A stretch of DNA of 54,326 nucleotides, taken from NCBI GenBank assembly GCA_038064595.1, contig JBBTSV010000014.1:1-54326 (forward strand), written 5' to 3'. A model generated the notes under the pieces. That model saw nothing but the letters and a program-made list of their open reading frames with translations. It was not told the origin of the DNA and did no database searches. The DNA comes from Patescibacteria group bacterium. Lineage in GTDB: Bacteria; Patescibacteriota; Minisyncoccia; Phycocordibacterales; Phycocordibacteraceae. Below, in pieces: positions 1 through 7,255 of this stretch. Numbering within the stretch: position 1 is the stretch's first letter; the number at the start of each line of letters is the position of its first letter. Both the position numbers and the translations under genes were made by a program.

Positions 1-951
1 TCGCCATGCGATCCGAGCATCTAGTTGGTGCCTCTTGGAATAGAGAAGTCCAACCACGCCGTGGCGGCGTGAAGCGAAATCGCAGCGTTGAATCCGCGAG
101 GGTTAACGTGAAGGGTGAAAGTAGCAGTATGTAGCGTGAACGCCAGTTTGTGGCACCTAGAGTGGGAGATCCCGCGAGTACAGGGAGAATCCAGCCACAC
201 CAAAGCTCTAGGTGTGTAGTGGCGTCGCGATACCTATACACAGATGTTCGGGTTACCGTGGGAGATCTGAAATGTTCCTCGGGGTATACTAACCTCGAGG
301 TATGTGGATAAGTAATTATCACAAATGACATGTCAGAAGTCAGCAGAGGTCGTAGTACTCCGGTATGAAAGGAAAGCGCAATCCGCGCCTCCTCGAGCCA
401 GTGGGGAAGGACCGAATTCGTAGAGAGCCGCTCGATGGCGCCTATGTTGCCGGATTTATTGATGGAGAAGGTTCCTTTTCTATCAGTATCGGCAAACATA
501 AAACGCTGTCGAGAGGACTTGAAGTGCGTCCAGAATTTGAAATTGAATTACGTGCGGATGATCGAGAAATTCTCGAGCGGATCGTCGTAAGTATTGGCTG
601 TGGGAAAATCTATGACTGCTCGTATGAGCGGTACGGATGGTACCCGCATGTTAAATACAAGGTTATGAGTACGCGTGAGATGGAAGAGATTCTCTTCCCG
701 TTTCTCGATTCTCATCCGCTCCAAGCGAAGAAAGCGAAGTCGTATGTTCTCTTCAAAGAGATCGTACTCTCGTATCGGCGCAAGGAGCATCTCACTGATG
801 CCGGGTTCAACAAGATTCTGTCGATGCGCGATCAATTACGAGCTCTCGGTAAGAAAGCTCGTACCTACGGAAACCGCTAGGGTGCAGGAAAGCTGCTTGC
901 CCAGTGGTGTGAGTGATTGTGATTATACAATGAAAATCACAACTAGTCAAT
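1..951 (+). mobile_element. Group II intron (IIC-like core, 5' end upstream of window) inserted in 16S rRNA at about E. coli 1397/1398
   Basis: TTACCGTGGGAGATCTG (253-269), GTCAGAAGTCAGCAGAGGTCGTAGTAC (332-358) and GGGGAAGGACCGAA (403-416) match the D1-end/D2/J2-3/D3 motifs of IIC introns; D5 at 873-908 (ACCGCT...GAAA...AGTGGT, CGC triad); D6 stem TTGTGATT/AATCACAA; ends ...TCAAT directly before the 16S motif ACCGCCCGTCA. Confidence 0.9.
365..880 (+). CDS. Single-motif LAGLIDADG homing endonuclease (intron-encoded)
   Basis: AYVAGFIDGEGSFSI motif, GCGKIY and PFLDSHPLQAKK segments typical of LAGLIDADG_1; 171 aa; exact start uncertain. Confidence 0.92.
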   Translation: MKGKRNPRLLEPVGKDRIRREPLDGAYVAGFIDGEGSFSISIGKHKTLSRGLEVRPEFEIELRADDREILERIVVSIGCGKIYDCSYERYGWYPHVKYKVMSTREMEEILFPFLDSHPLQAKKAKSYVLFKEIVLSYRRKEHLTDAGFNKILSMRDQLRALGKKARTYGNR

Positions 952-1083
952 ACCGCCCGTCAAGTCAAGGGAGCTGGGGGTGCCCGAAGGTCTGCCTCGC
1001 GCAGGACTACGGCAAATTCAGTGACAAGGACTAAGTCGTAACAAGGCACGGGTAGCGGAAGCTGTTCGTGGAACATATCCAAT
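952..1083 (+). rRNA. rrs: 16S rRNA 3' exon (short helix 44, helix 45, non-canonical tail)
   Basis: ACCGCCCGTCAAG (952), AAGTCGTAACAAGG (1033-1046), h45 CACGGGTAGC-GGAA-GCTGTTCGTG; 3' end placed by analogy to E. coli. Confidence 0.93.
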
Positions 1084-1120
1084 TGGAACCGATGTCGCTC
1101 GAAAGGCACATCATGTCGAT

Positions 1121-1149
1121 ACCCGCCCTTTCTCCAAGAAAGGGCGGGT
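1121..1149. repeat. Perfect 13-bp hairpin after 16S
   Basis: ACCCGCCCTTTCT-CCA-AGAAAGGGCGGGT; no U-tract. Confidence 0.8.
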
Positions 1150-1337
1150 GAGAAATAGTAGTCATCTCTAACTGCTACTCGAGTGCCGGCCTAAACCAAT
1201 TGCTTGCAATTGGTCGGCCCGAACACGTGCAAACGTGTTTAGGGGGAACGTAATCCGGCGGTTGCTTGAAGGCCACACGTGAGCCTTCAAGTGAGACAGA
1301 ATAGGCGGAACAAAAGGCATCTCACATCTTTTTCTCA
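1149..1337 (+). ncRNA. Candidate structured RNA or pre-rRNA trailer
   Basis: Nested complementarities TGAGAAA/TTTCTCA, GAGTGCC/GGCATCTC, GCCTA/TAGGC enclosing three hairpins. Confidence 0.4.
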
Positions 1338-1345
1338 TACTCAAG

Positions 1346-1371
1346 CAAAACGCCCCGACAGGGGTGTTTTG
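1346..1371 (+). terminator. Probable intrinsic terminator ending the 16S transcript
   Basis: CAAAACGCCCC-GACA-GGGGTGTTTTG. Confidence 0.65.
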
Positions 1372-1443
1372 TGCTTGTTGCAAAGCATTACTATTAGGTG
1401 TAGAGTCCGCGACGGACCCTCAACCAAACTAGGAGCAACGTCC

Positions 1444-1713
1444 ATGCCGCAGATCATCAACACCGCCCTGCTTCATGCCCTCAATCCCGACTACGCAGAT
1501 GCCATCGCGCGAGGCGAGCCGTGGGCGATCAAACACGCCATGCGGGTCGACTCGATCAACCGTGGCGAGCCCGAACGGATGCGTCGCGAGTTCGACGGCC
1601 AGCCAAGGAAATGGTGCGGCGAGGCTTGTGGAAGCCCCGAAGGGTGCATCGTGTGCACTCTTCCGGAGAAGCCAGATGTGGCGCGCACCAACCGTCGCTA
1701 CAAGCCCGACTAG
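1444..1713 (+). CDS. Orphan 89-aa protein with four-Cys cluster (CGEAC-x5-CIVC)
   Basis: AGGAG at 1431-1435 before ATG 1444; TTGCAA-17-TAGAGT upstream; own terminator. Confidence 0.65.
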   Translation: MPQIINTALLHALNPDYADAIARGEPWAIKHAMRVDSINRGEPERMRREFDGQPRKWCGEACGSPEGCIVCTLPEKPDVARTNRRYKPD

Positions 1714-1734
1714 GGCGGTGAGACCACCGCAGTG

Positions 1735-1768
1735 CGAGGCCCGGGAGCGATCCCGGGCCGTCGTTTTT
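1735..1768 (+). terminator. Intrinsic terminator
   Basis: GGCCCGGGA-GCGA-TCCCGGGCC followed by GTCGTTTTT. Confidence 0.75.
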
Positions 1769-1816
1769 ACAGGTGGAAGAAATACGAGTTTTTTGGTACT
1801 ATACTCATGTTCCACC

Positions 1817-1892
1817 AATGCACGCTTAGCTCAGCCCCGACGCCATCAGATGGAGTCGGGGAGCCGACCGGAGCGTCGGCTTTGGTAGAGCA
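1817..1892 (+). pseudogene. Duplicated 5' part of tRNA-Ile interrupted by a 47-nt double-hairpin insert
   Basis: AATGCACGCTTAGCTCAG[1835-1881]TTGGTAGAGCA is identical to 1902-1930 apart from the insert. Confidence 0.8.
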
Positions 1893-1904
1893 AAATGTGC
1901 GAAT

Positions 1905-1977
1905 GCACGCTTAGCTCAGTTGGTAGAGCACCCGACTGATACTCGGGCGGTCCTAGGTTCGACTCCTAGAGCGTGCA
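1905..1977 (+). tRNA. tRNA-Ile(GAT), no encoded CCA
   Basis: Acceptor GCACGCT/AGCGTGC, D arm GCTC-AGTTGGTA-GAGC, anticodon arm CCCGA-CTGATAC-TCGGG, T arm CTAGG-TTCGACT-CCTAG. Confidence 0.93.
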
Positions 1978-2087
1978 CAATAAAAAGCAGATCAGTCAGA
2001 AGACCATAATGGGGGTAAGTGCACCTGTACCCTATTCTTATCTTATACTAGGCATAGTATCCACTACCCATAACCTCACAGTCCTCT

Positions 2088-3956
2088 ATGGAAGAAAAGT
2101 CCAGCACACAGTCTTGGGAAGGAAGGTTCGCGTGGATGAAACAGCGTATCCCGACCCCAGACGGTCTCGTAATCATTCTGTTGTTTTTTGTCGGCGCGCT
2201 GCTTTCTATACGTACGATGAACTCGTTTGAGCCTGCCTTGGTTATCTATGGAGTTAGCGCGGCAGATGAGTCAGCCGCCGCTATCCCAAGAGGCGGGGTC
2301 ACCGACCGTGCCACCGACCGCATTCTCGTGAAGTTTAAGAAAAGTCTCCCCGAGCAGGCACAGTCGGCGATCCTTGCGCGCTATAACTTAAGTGAGAAAT
2401 CAAACCTCCCTCATATTGGGGTGAAGATTATCTCGATCCCTTCAGGCACGACTCCCGAGGCAGCGATCGAAGGTCTGAAGCAAAATGAAAAAAATAATGT
2501 TGATTTCGCTGAGGTTGACGCACTCCTAGAGCCAGATTACATCCCGAGTGACCCGCTCGTGGGCTCGGAGTGGCATATTAGTAAAATTGTTGCTCCAAAC
2601 GCGTGGGATAGCGCAAAGGGATCCGGAGTAACGATCGCCATTCTCGATACGGGCATTGACTGCACCCATCCAGACCTAGCGGCAAACTGTGTACCCGGAC
2701 GGAATGTTGTCAGTAATAATAGCGATACGGGTCCTGTCCACCCCCACGGAACATACACAGCGGGGACGGCGGCAGCAGTGGGGGACAATCTGAATCAAAT
2801 GGCGGGAGTCACCTATACGTCTAAAATTATGCCCGTCCGTATCACCAATGATTCAACAGGTTATGCGTACTGGTCGGATATTGCCAATGGGGTCATTTGG
2901 GCAGCCGATCATGGCGCAAAGGTGGTAACCAATAGCTATGGTTCTCATGTGAGCAGTACGGTGCAAAGTGCAGCATCCTACCTCAACTCGAAGGGGGGCC
3001 TCATGTTTAATTCGGCCATGAACAGTGCAACTCTTATGACCCAGGACAATCCACCCTCTATGGTCACCGTTTCAGCGACCGACCAGAATGACTCCTTAGC
3101 CAGTTTCTCTAACTATGGAACACCGATCGATCTTTCAGCACCGGGGGTCAGTGTTATGTGTACGACGCCTGGAGGGGGGATAGGCTCGTGTTCAGGGACA
3201 TCGTTTTCAGCACCGATAGCCGCAGCTACGGCTGCTTTAGTATGGTCAGTTAAACCGTCACTCTCACCGAGTCAAGTAGAGAGTATATTAAAATCGACAG
3301 CTCAAGACCTTGGGTCTACTGGTTGGGACCAGTATTACGGATGGGGAAGAATTCACGCCGGGAGGGCAGTACAGGCGGCACTTGGTACGGCCTCCGATAC
3401 GACACCGCCATCTGCGCCGACTGGTTTAGGTACCTCCACGTCAGACTCGAGTTCCGTTACGCTTTCTTGGACAGCGTCAACCGATAATGTTGCTGTCGGT
3501 GGGTATGCCATCTTCCGTAATAACACCAAGATTGGCACTACCGCAAACGTCTCGTATACTGACACCTCTGTTACCGCTGGAGCGACCTACACCTATGTGG
3601 TTTCCGCATATGACTCGTCGAACAATGTTTCTCCTAGCAGCAATACCCTTTCGGTGACCATCCCGATGCCACCTCAAACCCTTTCAGTCTCAACCGTCTC
3701 GGCGATAACACAGAAAACCTCCGCCACGGTGAGTTGGAATACGAATGTGACCTCGGTCGGTACTGTCTACTATGGTACAAGTGCTGGAAACCTGACGCTA
3801 ACCGGAACTGATACTACTAAATCAACCGCGCACTCGATCCTCCTGACCGGGCTCGATGCGAAAAAGCAGTACTACTATCAAGTCCGTGCCACGACCCCCG
3901 ACAGTGGCTTGAGCGCGAATTCTGGCGTACAGAGCTTCAGAACAAGAAACCGCTAA
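2088..3956 (+). CDS. Membrane-anchored or secreted subtilisin-family (S8) serine protease with C-terminal FN3/Ig-like domains
   Basis: N-terminal TM, propeptide, catalytic ILDTG / HGT / GTSFS motifs; DTTPPSAPTGL...YTYVVSAYD FN3 repeat; second beta-sandwich. Confidence 0.92.
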   Translation: MEEKSSTQSWEGRFAWMKQRIPTPDGLVIILLFFVGALLSIRTMNSFEPALVIYGVSAADESAAAIPRGGVTDRATDRILVKFKKSLPEQAQSAILARYNLSEKSNLPHIGVKIISIPSGTTPEAAIEGLKQNEKNNVDFAEVDALLEPDYIPSDPLVGSEWHISKIVAPNAWDSAKGSGVTIAILDTGIDCTHPDLAANCVPGRNVVSNNSDTGPVHPHGTYTAGTAAAVGDNLNQMAGVTYTSKIMPVRITNDSTGYAYWSDIANGVIWAADHGAKVVTNSYGSHVSSTVQSAASYLNSKGGLMFNSAMNSATLMTQDNPPSMVTVSATDQNDSLASFSNYGTPIDLSAPGVSVMCTTPGGGIGSCSGTSFSAPIAAATAALVWSVKPSLSPSQVESILKSTAQDLGSTGWDQYYGWGRIHAGRAVQAALGTASDTTPPSAPTGLGTSTSDSSSVTLSWTASTDNVAVGGYAIFRNNTKIGTTANVSYTDTSVTAGATYTYVVSAYDSSNNVSPSSNTLSVTIPMPPQTLSVSTVSAITQKTSATVSWNTNVTSVGTVYYGTSAGNLTLTGTDTTKSTAHSILLTGLDAKKQYYYQVRATTPDSGLSANSGVQSFRTRNR

Positions 3957-4020
3957 CTCGGCCATTTGAGACGTAGAGGGCGCGCGTGCACAAGACGTGC
4001 TGGTGCGCTAGATTTAGCCT

Positions 4021-5334
4021 ATGGACGCTCCCACACACTTCCGCGGCAAGCGTATCACCCTTATGCGGATCGGGCTTTTGGGCCGTGGGATAGGGGACGC
4101 TGCCTATCTGGCAGAGTGCGGCGCTGACGTTTTGGTGGTTGATGATGCCTCACAGGAGGTGATGCAACCCGCGGTCGATGCGTTGAAAGCGTTCAAAAAT
4201 ATTACATTCAAATTTGGCCCGTACGACCTCAACGATTTTAAAAATTGTGACCTCGTACTCAAAGGTGCGGGCACTCCAATCGACTCTCCTGAAATTGCAG
4301 AGGCGAAGAAAAATGATATTCCCGTGCGGATGAGCGCCGATCTCTTTCTAGAATCGTCAGGCGTTACGTGTGTGGGCGTCACGGGCACGCGCGGTAAGTC
4401 GACCGTGACGCACATGATTTTCGCAATTTTGAAAGAAGCAGGGAAGAAGGTGTTGCTCGGAGGCAACATTCGTGGCGTCTCCAATCTCGAGTTGCTTAAA
4501 GAAGTGACGCCAGAGCATGTTGCCGTCCTCGAGCTTGATAGCTGGCAGTGTCAGGGCTTCGGTGAGGCGCAGATGAGCCCGCACACTGCAGTCTTCACGA
4601 CCCTCTTCGCCGACCACATGAATTATTACAAGGAGGACTTGAATGCGTATCTCGCGGACAAGGCGAATATATTTCTCTACCAGCACGAAGAGGACACGCT
4701 TATACTCGGCAAGCAGTGCGCGCCCATTGTTATCGACCGCTATGGCGAGCAGATCGAGGCGCAGACGCAGGTGATCGACGAGACCAAGCTCCCGGACACG
4801 TGGATACTGAAAGTCCCAGGAATGCACAACCGCTATAACGCTGCCCTGGCGCTCGCTGCCGCTCGCGCGCTCGGCGTCGCTGACGAGGTGAGCCGCGCGG
4901 CGCTCGCGGCCTTCAGTGGCGTCCCGGGCCGCCTCGAGCTCGTGCGGGAGGTCAACGGGGTGAAGATCTACAACGACACCACAGCGACCACGCCCGAGGC
5001 GACCCTCGTCGCGCTTGCCGCGCTCGGCACCGAGCGCACGGTACTCATCATGGGTGGCAACGACAAAAATCTCGACATGACCGCGCTCATCGAGAAGGTG
5101 AAGGAGGTTAAGCACCTCGTCCTACTCGCCGGCACCGGCACGGAGCGCATTAAAGATCAGCTCGATGCAAAAGGTATGATATATCATACCTTTGCGGAAG
5201 CGGTGGCAGACGCGGTGAAGGCCGCCGCGCCGGGCGACACGATCCTCTTCTCGCCCGCCTTCACCTCGTTTGGTATGTTTAAAAACGAGTTCGACCGCGG
5301 CGACCAGTTCAATGCCCTCGTCAATGCACTATGA
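4021..5334 (+). CDS. murD: UDP-MurNAc-L-Ala--D-Glu ligase
   Basis: GVTGTRGKST, GGNI, LELDSWQ, DHMNYY, YNDTTATT, FSPAFTSFGMFKNEFDRG. Confidence 0.93.
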   Translation: MDAPTHFRGKRITLMRIGLLGRGIGDAAYLAECGADVLVVDDASQEVMQPAVDALKAFKNITFKFGPYDLNDFKNCDLVLKGAGTPIDSPEIAEAKKNDIPVRMSADLFLESSGVTCVGVTGTRGKSTVTHMIFAILKEAGKKVLLGGNIRGVSNLELLKEVTPEHVAVLELDSWQCQGFGEAQMSPHTAVFTTLFADHMNYYKEDLNAYLADKANIFLYQHEEDTLILGKQCAPIVIDRYGEQIEAQTQVIDETKLPDTWILKVPGMHNRYNAALALAAARALGVADEVSRAALAAFSGVPGRLELVREVNGVKIYNDTTATTPEATLVALAALGTERTVLIMGGNDKNLDMTALIEKVKEVKHLVLLAGTGTERIKDQLDAKGMIYHTFAEAVADAVKAAAPGDTILFSPAFTSFGMFKNEFDRGDQFNALVNAL

Positions 5335-5981
5335 ATGAAGTTGATACCAACGCGAAGATTATTTGGGACTACATGCTCATGCATCATGAGCTGCGACCGA
5401 TGGATGCAATCTTTGGACTCGGGACGCACACCACGCTGGTTGCAGAGCGTGCCGTAGATCTTTTCCTTGCCGGGTACGGTAACTACCTGATCTTTGCCGG
5501 TGAAAGCGGTGAGAAACACGGCAAGACACGTCATTTTGATAAACCTGAAGCAGAGGTATATGCGGACATTGCTCTCCAGCGCGGTGTTCCCAAGGAGAAA
5601 ATTATCATCGAAAATAAATCCACCAGCACTGGCGAAAATATACTCTTCGTCAAAAAGCTACTTGAGGATAAGAATCTCGATATACACTCATTTATTCTTG
5701 TGCAGGAACCATATATGGAGCGACGCACCTATGCGACTTTTAAGAAGCAGTGGCCAGAAGCTGAATGTGTAGTCACTTCACCAAAGATGTCATACGAATC
5801 TTGGGCCACTGAAGCTCGAAGCAAAGATCGTTTTATTGATACGATGGTAGGCGATTTACAAAGAATAAAAGAATACTCAACTCAAGGTTTTCAGATACCC
5901 CAAGAAATTCCTAACGAAGTATGGAGAGCATTTGAATATCTGGTCGCGCAAGGTTTTACTCGTCGGCTGATCAAACCGTAA
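5331..5981 (+). CDS. DUF218 (YdcF/ElyC/SanA-like) protein
   Basis: PEAEVYADIA, IIIENKSTSTGENILF, VQEPYMERR motifs; visibly more AT-rich than flanks. Confidence 0.85.
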   Translation: MNEVDTNAKIIWDYMLMHHELRPMDAIFGLGTHTTLVAERAVDLFLAGYGNYLIFAGESGEKHGKTRHFDKPEAEVYADIALQRGVPKEKIIIENKSTSTGENILFVKKLLEDKNLDIHSFILVQEPYMERRTYATFKKQWPEAECVVTSPKMSYESWATEARSKDRFIDTMVGDLQRIKEYSTQGFQIPQEIPNEVWRAFEYLVAQGFTRRLIKP

Positions 5982-5982
5982 T

Positions 5983-7254
5983 ATGAAAAAGATTCATTTT
6001 GTGGGGGTTGGAGGGATCGGGATGAGTGCTTTGGCGCAGTACTATGCTGATCATGGAGCGGAGGTGACGGGGTCAGACCGGGAGGCGAGTCCGGTGACGG
6101 AGCTGCTTCAGAAGAAGGAGATCAGGGTGGTTATCGGCCAGCAGGCAGACAACGTTCCCGCCGATGCTGAGCTGCTGGTCTACAGCGATGCGGTGCCGCC
6201 TGAGAATAGCGAGCGCGCGCGAGCGCGCGAGCTCGGGATTACCGAGCAGTCGTACTTTCAGGCGCTTGGGGCGGTGACGAAAGAGAAGAAGACCATCGCG
6301 GTCGCGGGGACCCATGGCAAGACGACCACTACGGGGATGATCGCCAAAATCCTCGCCGACGCAGGAGGGTCGCCGACCGCGATCGTCGGGTCTATTGTCA
6401 AAGACTTCGGCAGCAACTACCTGCATGGGGATTCTGAACTCTTTGTCGTTGAGGCCGACGAATATAAGGCGCATCTTCTGGAGCTCTCGCCGACTATCCT
6501 CGTGATAAATAACCTCGAGTGGGATCATACCGACTTCTACCCCTCACTCGCAGCGATGCAGGAGACGTTTAAACAGGCGATCGAGAAGGTACCCTCTGAG
6601 GGCGTCATCGTGACGAACCCTACGAATCCAAACATCGCGCCTCTTCTCGTGAATGCGAATGCAAAGGTTGTTGACTACACCAAGGAACCCTCCTACACGC
6701 TGCGGCTCCCGGGGGAATTTAATCAGAGTAATGCACGGGCGGCCGCAGCGGCCGCCCGTGCGGCGTACCCAGAAATCACTGAAGATTCTATCGCGACCTC
6801 ACTCTCCCACTTCCACGGCACGTGGCGTCGTTTTGAATATAAAGGTAAGACCGCCAAGGGTGCCGAGGTCTACGACGACTACGCGCACCACCCGACCGCT
6901 GTGCGCGAGACACTCCACGCGCTTCGCGCAAAAACAGAAGGTAAGATTATTGTCGCCTTCCACCCCCACCTCTACTCGCGCACGCGCGATCTGCTCGATG
7001 AGTTCGCCACCGCCTTTACCGATGCCGACACCGTGCTCATCGCGCCCATCTACGCAGCGCGCGAGGTCGACGACGGCAGCATCTCGAGCGAGATTCTCGC
7101 CGCGCGCATCAGTGCGACTGGCGTTGACGCACAGGCAATGAGCTTCGACGATATCGAGAAAACACTCCAAGAAGTGCCCGCAGGCGACACCATCATGACC
7201 ATGGGTGCCGGCGACATCTACAAAGTCGCCGACGATCTCGTCGCACAAAAGTAA
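5983..7254 (+). CDS. murC: UDP-MurNAc--L-Ala ligase
   Basis: IHFVGVGGIGMSALA, AGTHGKTTT, VEADEY, DDYAHHPT, FHPHLYSRT, TMGAGDI. Confidence 0.95.
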   Translation: MKKIHFVGVGGIGMSALAQYYADHGAEVTGSDREASPVTELLQKKEIRVVIGQQADNVPADAELLVYSDAVPPENSERARARELGITEQSYFQALGAVTKEKKTIAVAGTHGKTTTTGMIAKILADAGGSPTAIVGSIVKDFGSNYLHGDSELFVVEADEYKAHLLELSPTILVINNLEWDHTDFYPSLAAMQETFKQAIEKVPSEGVIVTNPTNPNIAPLLVNANAKVVDYTKEPSYTLRLPGEFNQSNARAAAAAARAAYPEITEDSIATSLSHFHGTWRRFEYKGKTAKGAEVYDDYAHHPTAVRETLHALRAKTEGKIIVAFHPHLYSRTRDLLDEFATAFTDADTVLIAPIYAAREVDDGSISSEILAARISATGVDAQAMSFDDIEKTLQEVPAGDTIMTMGAGDIYKVADDLVAQK

Positions 7255-7255
7255 T

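Noticed and set aside
303-311. Reverse-strand DnaA box TGTGGATAA
   Set aside because: Forms one arm of a hairpin in intron domain 2, so RNA structure explains it
1-951. Group I intron interpretation suggested by the LAGLIDADG ORF
   Set aside because: No terminal G; clear group II D3, D5, D6 motifs and an AT end
675-1034. ORF-track entries overlapping the intron and 16S exon
   Set aside because: They overlap rRNA or ribozyme sequence and show no protein motifs
1165-1262. Twister-ribozyme or RNase P resemblance (TAACTGC...GCCGG; ACAGAA)
   Set aside because: Conserved cores (GGUCCCAAGCC; GAGGAAAGUCC) are absent
4054-4077. MurD N-terminus reads MRIGLLG rather than the usual GLG pattern
   Set aside because: Frame is intact; divergence cannot be told from base-call error
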